DNA of 54,828 nt. Origin: a virus (lineage: Duplodnaviria > Heunggongvirae > Uroviricota > Caudoviricetes). Location: IMG/VR virus record IMGVR_UViG_3300020685_000002. One strand, written 5' to 3'. Under the pieces are notes generated by a model, which was given only the letters and a program-made list of their open reading frames with translations, did no database searches and was not told where the DNA came from. Numbering within the stretch: position 1 is the stretch's first letter; each line of letters begins with the position of its first letter. A program made the translations under genes and the position numbers. This document shows, piece after piece, positions 40,056-49,037 of this stretch.

Positions 40056-42960
40056 TACAGTTTCTTTATTAAATTACGCTAACACATTTGGTGATTGGGT
40101 TGTTACTACAAATGCATTAGGACTAGAGAATAATACTTTAGCAATTGGTAATTATCGCAAAGCAGCAGGAACATTATATTTAGAGAATGGTTCTTTAGCT
40201 CTCCAGTCTAATGGTAATGTAATTTTTGCTCAACAATTAGCAGTCCAAGGATTTGGATCTTCTCTTTATGTTCAAAATAATGCTGCTGTTGGCGGTCAAG
40301 TATATTTTACAAATACAGCATTATCGTTAACTGCTTCTGGACAAATTTTAGCTAGTGGTCCTGGAACTGGATTGATTGTTGCAAATAATTCTATATTATC
40401 TGGAAATATTAGCATAGCGGGTACAACTGTTGCTGTAGGAAACGTTAGTTTTGCAAATAATTTAGTCGTATCAAAAACAACAAATACAAACTTTTTAAAT
40501 GTATTTACAAACGCTTTTATTGGTAATAGTGCTGCAATAACAAATGGAACATACACAAATACACTTTTAGCGGCAACAAGTGTTACTACACCAACAGTAT
40601 ATTCAACAACAATTTTTGCTAATACAGTGCAAGCGTATTTAAGCGTTAATACAGCTTCTGTTAATACAATTTCTCTTTCAGCTAATTCTTCTATTCTTGG
40701 CAATATTCAAGCTAATTCTTGTATAATTAATACTATTCAAGCTAATACATCGATTAATACTGCAAGCATTACTACTTCTTCGTCAATATCAACTCCAAGG
40801 ATTTCTATAAGCTCCACTATTGATGCTAATAATGCATCAGCCTATTTTGGCTCAGTACAATCTGGCCAATTTACTGTAAATGGAAATTTTGTTATCTTGG
40901 GCGCAACAGTATACAATACTAATACTTTTACATTAAGCGCAAATGCAACTACAGCAGTTACAAGTGCTTTTATTGTGAATCGAGGAATAACTGGACAAGC
41001 TGCAGCACTTAGATGGAATGAACCAAGTAAATATTGGGACATGTTAGATGTTTCTTCTGGTTCGTATTATAAAGTATTAACATCAAATTCCATTTCAGAT
41101 TCTATTACAAGTTCAAGCACAACAAATATTGCTTCTTCAAATGCTGTTTATGTTTTAAATAATACTGTATCATCTAATATTTCTTCATTATTTAGTTTAG
41201 TATCTACAGTTTATTCTTCAGCAAACTCTGGTATAAAATATATAAATGGAACTTCCGGTTCAGCAATACCATCATCAGGTGTTGTATCATTTTTAAGTAC
41301 AAATGGTATAACTGCTACAAGTTCTAGTAACACCATAACATTTAATACCCCTCAAGACATTAGATCTACTGCTTCTCCAACATTTAATTCTTTAGTATTA
41401 ACAAATGCTCTTCCAATAGCGTATGGTGGTACTGGTGCAACAAGTTCTTCTGGTGCATTAACAAATCTTCTTCCTGCGTTCACAACTGCTGGTTATGTTT
41501 TGGCGAGTGGCGGTCCAGGAAACTATTATTGGGCAGCTGGCGGAACTGGTGGTGGTGGTAGTGGTAGTGGTACGACTCCAGGAACAACTATAAATTCGTC
41601 AAGGTTAAGTTATACTGCAGCAAATAGTGTGACACAAGTTTGGACAACACCAGCATTTACAAATACGACACAAGTTAGATCATATATTAATGGCGTTCGT
41701 CAATTTGAATCGGAATATTCATTAAATCAATCAGCAAATACAATAACATTTTCAGTAGCACCAACTGCTGGTGATTCTATTCTTATTGAAGTTGATGGGT
41801 ATTATGTGAGTCCATACTATGCAAATAATATTGCTTTCACAGTTAATAGTTCAATTTCTCCAACAGCAAATACGATCCAATTGGCTATTGACCAATTAGT
41901 TTCTGTTGCAGCACCAAAAATTTCTCCACAACTTATTGGTACTCCATTAGCTGTTACTGCTCCAGTTGGAGTTAGTAATACAATGATTGCAACAACTGGA
42001 TTCGTATATAATGTATTAAATAATTCAAGTACTGCATTTTTAGGGACATATTTAAATTCTCAGATGCAAGGAACTTTGGCAATAGGAAATGGTGGTACAG
42101 GAACAACTACAGGGACTGGCTCTGGAAATGTTGTATTAAGTACAAGTCCAACTCTTGTGACACCAATTTTAGGGACTCCACAATCTGGAAACTTCTCAAC
42201 TGGAACTTTTACTTGGCCCACATTCAATCAGAATACTACTGGTACTGCTTCTAATATAACATCATATCCATTAAATCAATCAGTTTCTACTACAGGCGCT
42301 CCAACCTTTGCTAATATTAAAACATCTGACGGAACTTCAACACAATTTGGGGGTTCGGCTACAACTGGGTTTTATATGGATGCCACAAATGCAGCCATTA
42401 GAACAACCTCTGCTGGTAATATCTATATGCAAAATGCTGGTGGAACATCTACTTATGGAACGTTCAATTCGGCAGGATTTAATGGAAACTTAAATGGTAC
42501 TTGGTCTCAGCTTCCAGCTGGAACAACAACAAATTTTTACCAAGCAGCTGCACCGACAGGTTGGACACAACGCACAGATTTAAATGACTTTATGATGTAT
42601 ATAGTTTCAGGAGCAGGTGGTGGATCAGGTGGTGTGCATTCTCCAATTACTAATAGTGTCGTTCCTGCGCATACACACTCCTTTTCAACTGGTGCGCCTT
42701 CAAACGATCATACCCATTCTGATAATGGTCACACACATAACTACGACCATGGTATGCAACAAACAGTTAACCTTTTTAATGGAGGGTCTTATCAAGGGTT
42801 TCCTGTAGGACCTGTTGGAACATATACTACAGCCACAGGTTATGCGTCTTTAACTGGACAATCCGCTACTCACACGCATTCAGGTTCAACAGATAATGGC
42901 TCTAGCCAGACTAATTGGTCACCAAAATATTTATCTAATATAATGTGTACCAAAAGTTAA
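40048..42960 (+). CDS. Long tail fibre protein with HxH needle tip
   Basis: NTF..W...TN start, GGTG repeats, collar-like F.QAAAPTGW and multiple HTH motifs. Confidence 0.85.
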   Translation: MANTVSLLNYANTFGDWVVTTNALGLENNTLAIGNYRKAAGTLYLENGSLALQSNGNVIFAQQLAVQGFGSSLYVQNNAAVGGQVYFTNTALSLTASGQILASGPGTGLIVANNSILSGNISIAGTTVAVGNVSFANNLVVSKTTNTNFLNVFTNAFIGNSAAITNGTYTNTLLAATSVTTPTVYSTTIFANTVQAYLSVNTASVNTISLSANSSILGNIQANSCIINTIQANTSINTASITTSSSISTPRISISSTIDANNASAYFGSVQSGQFTVNGNFVILGATVYNTNTFTLSANATTAVTSAFIVNRGITGQAAALRWNEPSKYWDMLDVSSGSYYKVLTSNSISDSITSSSTTNIASSNAVYVLNNTVSSNISSLFSLVSTVYSSANSGIKYINGTSGSAIPSSGVVSFLSTNGITATSSSNTITFNTPQDIRSTASPTFNSLVLTNALPIAYGGTGATSSSGALTNLLPAFTTAGYVLASGGPGNYYWAAGGTGGGGSGSGTTPGTTINSSRLSYTAANSVTQVWTTPAFTNTTQVRSYINGVRQFESEYSLNQSANTITFSVAPTAGDSILIEVDGYYVSPYYANNIAFTVNSSISPTANTIQLAIDQLVSVAAPKISPQLIGTPLAVTAPVGVSNTMIATTGFVYNVLNNSSTAFLGTYLNSQMQGTLAIGNGGTGTTTGTGSGNVVLSTSPTLVTPILGTPQSGNFSTGTFTWPTFNQNTTGTASNITSYPLNQSVSTTGAPTFANIKTSDGTSTQFGGSATTGFYMDATNAAIRTTSAGNIYMQNAGGTSTYGTFNSAGFNGNLNGTWSQLPAGTTTNFYQAAAPTGWTQRTDLNDFMMYIVSGAGGGSGGVHSPITNSVVPAHTHSFSTGAPSNDHTHSDNGHTHNYDHGMQQTVNLFNGGSYQGFPVGPVGTYTTATGYASLTGQSATHTHSGSTDNGSSQTNWSPKYLSNIMCTKS

Positions 42961-43030
42961 TTGATTATTTTATAACATATAATAAACAGCGAATGTATTA
43001 ATTATTTAAAACGCTTAATAGGATCACTTA

Positions 43031-43945
43031 ATGACAACTCAAATAAAATCGTCTGTTTTAGCAACTACTGCAGTAACCCAAGGGAGTTATGGCTCAACGA
43101 CACTAATTCCATCATTTACTGTTGATGCTCAAGGAAGATTACAATCTGCTACTAACAATACCCCAAGCATTTCTGCATCTTTTATAACTGGTACGCTAGC
43201 AGTCGCTTCAGGAGGTACTGGTGTTACCACTTCTACTGGCTCTGGAAGTATTGTATTAAGTACAAGTCCAACTCTTGTGACACCAATTTTAGGAACTCCA
43301 ACTAGCGGTACATTAACTAATTGTACTGGTTATACTTATGCTAATTTAACAGGCACAGTTACTACTTGGAATCAGAGTACTACGGGTAATGCTTTGACTG
43401 CCACAACTGCAGCGTCTTGCTCAGGAAATGCTAGTACAGCAACTACAGCTGCCACGGCAACTACAGCATTAAATTTAAACGGCACTTGGACACAAATGCC
43501 AGCTGGTACAGTAACTAACTTCTTTCAGGCAGCAGCGCCAACAGGTTGGACACAAAATAATACTTATACTAACCATATGATGCGAATAGTATCAGGTGCA
43601 GGTGGTGGTTCAGGCGGTACAATGTCGCCTATTTTAAATAATGTTGTACCTTCACATACACACAGTTTTTCTACTGGCGGAACTTCTAATGATCACACAC
43701 ATTATGATTATGGACATACGCATACATACTACCAATACCCAGGTAGTGGTGCACTAACTGGATGGTCAACTCCGGGTGGCGCAGCACAACCTCAATATAA
43801 CCCAAATGGTGTTACAGCCACAGGTTATGCGTCTTTAACTGGACAATCTGTTAATCACACTCACTCAGGTTCAACTGATAATGGTTCAAGCCAAACAAAC
43901 TGGACTCCACAATACATAGATAATATCTTGTGCTATAAAAACTAA
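43031..43945 (+). CDS. Short tail fibre protein with HxH needle tip
   Basis: GSYG....IP.FTVDAQGR repeat; C-terminal domain paralogous to 40048-42960. Confidence 0.85.
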   Translation: MTTQIKSSVLATTAVTQGSYGSTTLIPSFTVDAQGRLQSATNNTPSISASFITGTLAVASGGTGVTTSTGSGSIVLSTSPTLVTPILGTPTSGTLTNCTGYTYANLTGTVTTWNQSTTGNALTATTAASCSGNASTATTAATATTALNLNGTWTQMPAGTVTNFFQAAAPTGWTQNNTYTNHMMRIVSGAGGGSGGTMSPILNNVVPSHTHSFSTGGTSNDHTHYDYGHTHTYYQYPGSGALTGWSTPGGAAQPQYNPNGVTATGYASLTGQSVNHTHSGSTDNGSSQTNWTPQYIDNILCYKN

Positions 43946-44073
43946 GGAATAAAAATGAAAGAATTTATTACAGGCTATCAATATGGTGATAATATGCGCT
44001 TTTCTTGTGTATATGTATTTCCTAATAATCTAGATAAAGATGAAATACACGTACCTCCAAGAACAACTTTAAT
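43910..44073 (+). repeat. Direct repeat copy 1 (fibre 3' end plus chaperone 5' part)
   Basis: 43955-44073 is identical to 46503-46621 (119 nt); 43910-43945 matches 46451-46486 with one mismatch. Confidence 0.95.
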
Positions 44074-44179
44074 AGCACCGCCCGATTTATCTGAAAACCA
44101 AGATGCCTTATGGGATGGTACAATGTGGTCTGCTGTAGATAAAGAACCTGTTCCACCTAACCCATATGCACCAATATGA
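43955..44179 (+). CDS. Tail fibre assembly chaperone-like protein (Tfa-like), copy 1
   Basis: P..TT.IAPP......WDG..W motif directly after a fibre gene. Confidence 0.7.
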   Translation: MKEFITGYQYGDNMRFSCVYVFPNNLDKDEIHVPPRTTLIAPPDLSENQDALWDGTMWSAVDKEPVPPNPYAPI

Positions 44180-44304
44180 GCGAAGAAATAAAAGGCAGTA
44201 ATATATATCGTTATGCATGTTACACAAAACTTGCTGGAATTACTCCCAGTACAGGAGAGGTAATGGACGAATCAGGTTGTAGTATAAAGGAAACATATAA
44301 ATGA
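44176..44304 (+). pseudogene. Truncated paralog (42 aa) of the 46829-47140 protein
   Basis: EEIKGSNIYRYACYTKLAGITPSTGEVMDESGC aligns with EEIKDAAIHRCVWYTKLAGTNPNTGEVMDEYGC. Confidence 0.75.
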
Positions 44305-45554
44305 CGACAGAAGTAGATGCATCAGTCTTAGCACCAACTGCTGTTACCATAGGAACTTATGGTGGCACAGATAGTATCCCATCGTTTACTGTCGATGCTC
44401 AGGGGAGATTAACTTTTGCAGGAAATAATACACCGAGTATACCAACTAGTCAAATTACAGGAACTCTCGGTGTTGCATCTGGCGGTACTGGTGTTACTAC
44501 TTCTACTGGCTCTGGAAGTATTGTATTAAGTACAAGTCCAACTCTTGTGACACCAATTTTAGGGACTCCGCAATCTGGAAACTTATCAAATTGTACGTTC
44601 CCAACACTTAATCAAAATACTACTGGTACTGCTGCAGGTTTAAGTGCTACATTAGCAGTCGCTTCAGGAGGTACTGGTGTTACCACTTCTACTGGCTCTG
44701 GAAGTATTGTATTAAGTATAAGTCCAACTCTTGTGACACCAATTTTAGGGACTCCGCAATCTGGAAACTTATCAAATTGTACGTTCCCAACACTTAATCA
44801 AAATACTACTGGTTCATCAGCATCTGTGACGGGAACTGTTGCCGTAGGTAACGGTGGAACTGGGTCAACAACATTGACCGTTAATAACGTGCTACTAGGT
44901 AACGGCACATCAGCATTACAAGCGGTCGCCCCAAGTACATCGGGCAACGTATTAACATCAAATGGGACAACATGGCAATCAATCGCGCCAAGTGGTGGCG
45001 GTTTCACCAGTATGGTCGTCTTCACAGCATCAGGTACATGGACTATTCCTGCTGGCATTACTAAGGCGAAAGTGACTATCCAAGGGGCTGGCGGTGGTGG
45101 TGCTTCTTCTATCTCTACTTGTCAAATGGCTGGTAATGGCGGTGGCGGCGGTGCGACTATAAAATATGTAACTGGATTGACTCCAACTGGAACTGTTGCT
45201 TGTACGATTGGCGCTGGTGGCGCTGGTGCCATTAGTGGTGCTACTAATGGTGGTGCGGGCGGGACTACATCTTTTGGCGCTTATTGCTCTGTAACTGGCG
45301 GAGGAGGCGGGGCTTCGTCAGGCATACTTGATCCAGTTTATTTCCAATTCCCGATAGGGTCAGGAGGCGCAGGAACAGGCGGGAATTGGAACCTTACTGG
45401 ATCAAGTATGCCTGGTTATTTCTACACTTACACACCGCCCTCTTTAAACTATATTTCTAGTGGCACTAATCCACTCGGTAGCGGTGGCGCGGGCAACTAT
45501 TCAATTGGTACCGGTACTGCTGGAATGTCAGGTTTTATCATGATTGAATATTAA
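44301..45554 (+). CDS. Tail fibre protein with internal 62-aa duplication and Gly-rich C-terminal domain
   Basis: Same N-terminus as 43031; FTASGTW..PAG....V...GAGGGG domain. Confidence 0.85.
   Translation: MTTEVDASVLAPTAVTIGTYGGTDSIPSFTVDAQGRLTFAGNNTPSIPTSQITGTLGVASGGTGVTTSTGSGSIVLSTSPTLVTPILGTPQSGNLSNCTFPTLNQNTTGTAAGLSATLAVASGGTGVTTSTGSGSIVLSISPTLVTPILGTPQSGNLSNCTFPTLNQNTTGSSASVTGTVAVGNGGTGSTTLTVNNVLLGNGTSALQAVAPSTSGNVLTSNGTTWQSIAPSGGGFTSMVVFTASGTWTIPAGITKAKVTIQGAGGGGASSISTCQMAGNGGGGGATIKYVTGLTPTGTVACTIGAGGAGAISGATNGGAGGTTSFGAYCSVTGGGGGASSGILDPVYFQFPIGSGGAGTGGNWNLTGSSMPGYFYTYTPPSLNYISSGTNPLGSGGAGNYSIGTGTAGMSGFIMIEY
44484..44813 (+). repeat. 186-nt-period internal duplication in the fibre gene
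   Basis: About 143 nt near-identical at 44484 and 44670. Confidence 0.9.
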
Positions 45555-45567
45555 GGAGAAAATATAA

Positions 45568-45819
45568 ATGAAAGCATTAATAAGCCCTATTGAACCTGTA
45601 AACAATTCTGACGGCACAACGGGCTATCGAGTTGCACAAGTTGAAGAAATAACTTTTGATGTAGCTGAACCATTATATTGGCTTGACTGCGATGCCAACG
45701 TGATAGCAGATATTTACTATTTTGATACTACATCTAATAATATATTAAAAAAGCCTGTTATTGCTCATACTAATGTATCAGGCACACAACCAATATCAAC
45801 TGGAACACAGGCATTCTAA
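45568..45819 (+). CDS. Fibre-associated small protein (possible chaperone)
   Basis: MKALISP.E...RVAQV....F.VAEPL.W.DC; AAGGAG RBS. Confidence 0.65.
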   Translation: MKALISPIEPVNNSDGTTGYRVAQVEEITFDVAEPLYWLDCDANVIADIYYFDTTSNNILKKPVIAHTNVSGTQPISTGTQAF

Positions 45820-46103
45820 TGGATATTTTGATACTGCCCCCAGCGCATAGCCTAACTTATGACGGTGCAACACTAAACATTTATCATGCCAACAAGGGTG
45901 AGGGATTGCCGCATCATGTTCACACGTTTAGTCACGCAACCATGTGTCATTCAGGGTCAATCATTGTCCGTAAGGAGGGCAAAGAAATGATAGTTACTAA
46001 AGAAACTCAACCTATAAATCTTACTGCTAATGAATGGCATGAAATTGAAGCATTAGAAGATAATACAGTGTTCTGTAATATGTTCTCTGAAGAAAAATAT
46101 TAA
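45819..46103 (+). CDS. Cupin-fold protein
   Basis: H.H...H......GS and WHEIEALED.T motifs. Confidence 0.8.
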   Translation: MDILILPPAHSLTYDGATLNIYHANKGEGLPHHVHTFSHATMCHSGSIIVRKEGKEMIVTKETQPINLTANEWHEIEALEDNTVFCNMFSEEKY

Positions 46104-46178
46104 AACACAATCCGTACCAAAAGTAAAGAGCGAATACCATACCAATAACAACCATAACAACCACCATAGGAAAATAAA

Positions 46179-46442
46179 ATGAAATTATTACAAAATATAG
46201 GTAAGTTCTTTAAAGACTTATTCCGTCAATCTTTACAAGCACAATTAGCAATTTTAGTTCCAATTGCTCAAGGTGTTGTTACTAAGATTGAATCAGATCC
46301 AACTATCATTGTTGATGCTGGTAAACAAGAAACTGCGTTTTCACTTGTACTTGCTGAATTGTCTGCGAAAGAATTGCAATTTTTACCTAGAATAATTAAC
46401 TTGGCGATTGAAATTGCTGTCGTTGATTTAAAAGGAGCCTAA
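46179..46442 (+). CDS. Hypothetical helical protein
   Basis: 87-aa ORF with AGGA RBS. Confidence 0.65.
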   Translation: MKLLQNIGKFFKDLFRQSLQAQLAILVPIAQGVVTKIESDPTIIVDAGKQETAFSLVLAELSAKELQFLPRIINLAIEIAVVDLKGA

Positions 46443-46450
46443 ATTGTTGA

Positions 46451-46621
46451 CAATATATAGATAATATCTTGTGCTATAAAAACTAAAAATCAAGGAATAA
46501 AAATGAAAGAATTTATTACAGGCTATCAATATGGTGATAATATGCGCTTTTCTTGTGTATATGTATTTCCTAATAATCTAGATAAAGATGAAATACACGT
46601 ACCTCCAAGAACAACTTTAAT
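46451..46621 (+). repeat. Direct repeat copy 2
   Basis: Matches copy 1, with a 7-nt insertion before the RBS. Confidence 0.95.
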
Positions 46622-46796
46622 TGCTCCACCAAGTAATATTGCCCCTGGAAAAGAAGCAATGTGGACAGGAGAAACTTGGGTTATTGTAGCTACAGAACCT
46701 TTACCTGCAAATCCACATATTGTTGAAGTCCCATCTGTTGAAGTCCCATCTATTGTTGAAGAAATAGCAAATACACCAAACATTAGCGCAGTATAA
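46503..46796 (+). CDS. Tfa-like chaperone, copy 2
   Basis: First 43 aa identical to copy 1; divergent C-terminus with VEVPS twice. Confidence 0.7.
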   Translation: MKEFITGYQYGDNMRFSCVYVFPNNLDKDEIHVPPRTTLIAPPSNIAPGKEAMWTGETWVIVATEPLPANPHIVEVPSVEVPSIVEEIANTPNISAV

Positions 46797-46799
46797 ATA
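46792..46799 (+). promoter_or_regulatory. Late promoter
   Basis: TATAAATA about 30 nt upstream of ATG 46829. Confidence 0.7.
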
Positions 46800-46828
46800 C
46801 TAATTATTAATTGACTGAGGTTTATATT

Positions 46829-47140
46829 ATGGATATTAAAACAATTTTAACTTGCCCATTGGGTGCGAAATGTGAAGAAATTAAAGATGCAGCAATTCAT
46901 CGCTGTGTTTGGTATACAAAACTTGCAGGAACTAACCCAAATACTGGGGAAGTAATGGACGAATATGGTTGTGCGATGACATGGATCCCTGTTTTATTGA
47001 TTGAAAATTCAATGCAACAAAGAAGTACAAGTTCAGCTGTAGAATCTTTCCGTAACGAAATGGTTCAAAGTAATGAAATGAATCAACAAATTTTATTATC
47101 TGCAGCAACGGTAAACCAGAAATTAATAAGTAATAGTTAA
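46829..47140 (+). CDS. Conserved Cys-rich tail-fibre-associated protein
   Basis: CPLG..C....RC.W...G..P.TGE..DE.GCA..W.P.L.IENS...T..AVESFRNEM. Start revised to ATG 46829 after GAGG. Confidence 0.7.
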   Translation: MDIKTILTCPLGAKCEEIKDAAIHRCVWYTKLAGTNPNTGEVMDEYGCAMTWIPVLLIENSMQQRSTSSAVESFRNEMVQSNEMNQQILLSAATVNQKLISNS

Positions 47141-47170
47141 GATGTTAAATTAATAATCTAGGAGAATAAA

Positions 47171-47392
47171 ATGTCAGACTTTTTTAGTAAAACCGGTAAT
47201 ATGTTTAAATCGATTTTTTCGTTTTTCTCAAAAAACACTGCAACTTTAACTGAAGCTGCTGTTATTGTAGAAACAGTTTCTGATAATGCAGAATTAATTC
47301 CTACAACAATTGCTGTTGGTAAAGCTGTTGAGCAAGGTGCAACAGTTTTAGAAAAAATAGAAATTGCAAATACTGAAACTTCTGGATCTTAA
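47171..47392 (+). CDS. Small hypothetical protein
   Basis: 73 aa, AGGAG RBS. Confidence 0.65.
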   Translation: MSDFFSKTGNMFKSIFSFFSKNTATLTEAAVIVETVSDNAELIPTTIAVGKAVEQGATVLEKIEIANTETSGS

Positions 47393-47421
47393 TTTAATCC
47401 ACAGCGCCAAGGAAAATTCAA

Positions 47422-48168
47422 ATGGCTGAAATAGCATCTAGAGACGATTTAAAACAATATTGCCTCAGAAGACTTGGCGCTCCAGTAATTAAAATAAATG
47501 TTGACGATGCTCAACTTGAAGATAGAATTGATGATGCTCTTCAACTATATCAAGATTATCATTATGATGCCTCTGAAGTATATTATTGGCAACATACTAT
47601 TACTCAACAAGACGTTAATCAACAATATTTTGATATAGATCCAAGCATTTTTGGGATTACTAGAATATTTCCATTAAATGATACGTTAACACAAAATAAT
47701 ATGTTTGATCTTAGATATCAATTAAGATTACACGAATTATACGATTTCACATCAACTTCATATACTAATTTTAGTATAACAATGCAGCACCTACAAAACT
47801 TACAATCAATGTTCACTGGTGATATTCCAGTAAGGTTTCAAAGACACACAAATAGATTATATGTTGATTGGGCTTGGGGTTCAACAAATGCTGCTGTTGG
47901 TTTAACTGTTGTTGCTGAAGGATATCAAGCTATTGATCCAGAAACATTTGAATCCGTTTATAATGATATGTGGCTCAAAAAATATACTACAGCGTTATTC
48001 AAACGCCAATGGGGTGATAATATGAAAAAATTTGGAAATATTCAGCTTCCTGGTGGAATAACTTTAAATGGTAAAGAAACTTTTGATGAAGCTACAATTG
48101 AAATTGATAAATTGGAAGAAGAAATGCAAGAAAGATATTCATTACCAGCCCAATTTATGATTGGATAA
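47422..48168 (+). CDS. 13: Neck protein gp13
   Basis: YCLRRLGAPVI.INV...Q..DRID.A and KRQWG.N..KF...QLPGG.TLNG motifs. Confidence 0.95.
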   Translation: MAEIASRDDLKQYCLRRLGAPVIKINVDDAQLEDRIDDALQLYQDYHYDASEVYYWQHTITQQDVNQQYFDIDPSIFGITRIFPLNDTLTQNNMFDLRYQLRLHELYDFTSTSYTNFSITMQHLQNLQSMFTGDIPVRFQRHTNRLYVDWAWGSTNAAVGLTVVAEGYQAIDPETFESVYNDMWLKKYTTALFKRQWGDNMKKFGNIQLPGGITLNGKETFDEATIEIDKLEEEMQERYSLPAQFMIG

Positions 48169-48170
48169 TT

Positions 48171-49028
48171 ATGACTTCTCCATATTTTCAAAATTATGGT
48201 AATGCTGTTGAATCGAAACTCATAGAAGACTTATATAATGAAGCAATAGCAATACAGGGATTTCCTGGCTATTATCTACAAAATAAAAATACAGCTTCTA
48301 GAGATCTTATTTATGGTGATGATCCAATAAAAGCTTTTGATACTTCTTATAAATTAGATATGTATCTTGTCAACACATTCGATTATGGTGATGAACAAGA
48401 TTTCTTTTCTAAATTTGGACTTGAAGTTAGGAATCAAGTAAAAATTCAATTTACTGTCAGAGAATTTTCTAAACAAACACTAAAAACAATGGCTAGACCT
48501 CTCGAGGGAGATTTAATCTTTATTCCTTTCATGAAGGATACTGGAGAGCTATTTGAAATTAAATTCGTAAATTCTTCAAAAGATTTATATACTCTTGGAA
48601 GATCAAAACCATATTTTTATGAATTATCTCTTGAACCGTTTAAATATAATGAAGAAAATATTGATACTGGTGTTGCAGCAATTGATAATATTGGGTTGCT
48701 AGAGAAATTTAAAACTGATTTAGACCTTATTTCTGGTTCAGGACAATATATCATAAATGAGATGGTATATCAAGGTTCTGCAAACAATCATATTGCGTAC
48801 GCAGAAATAATTGATTGGGATTCAGCGAATACAATTTTAACTGTTATCAATGATATTGGAGAGTTTGATCCAGCTTCTTCTCTTCCAATTGTTGGAGCCA
48901 CAAGTAATGCAATCTATTATTTAACATCAACAAATAACAGTGAACAACCAAATTTCGACAATGACTTTATTCATGATGAAGGGTTAACATTTATCCAAGC
49001 GAGCGATAATCCATTTGGCAGTCTATAA
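48171..49028 (+). CDS. 14: Neck protein gp14
   Basis: FSKFGLE, RP.EGDLI.IP, LFEIKFV and NPFG motifs. Confidence 0.93.
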   Translation: MTSPYFQNYGNAVESKLIEDLYNEAIAIQGFPGYYLQNKNTASRDLIYGDDPIKAFDTSYKLDMYLVNTFDYGDEQDFFSKFGLEVRNQVKIQFTVREFSKQTLKTMARPLEGDLIFIPFMKDTGELFEIKFVNSSKDLYTLGRSKPYFYELSLEPFKYNEENIDTGVAAIDNIGLLEKFKTDLDLISGSGQYIINEMVYQGSANNHIAYAEIIDWDSANTILTVINDIGEFDPASSLPIVGATSNAIYYLTSTNNSEQPNFDNDFIHDEGLTFIQASDNPFGSL

Positions 49029-49037
49029 GGAAAAATT

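Noticed and set aside
42490..46621. Diversity-generating retroelement or invertible fibre switch
   Set aside because: No reverse transcriptase or invertase; repeats are direct and their differences are not adenine-specific.
46721..46750. 15-nt tandem duplication (VEVPS twice)
   Set aside because: Ordinary slippage in a low-complexity tail.
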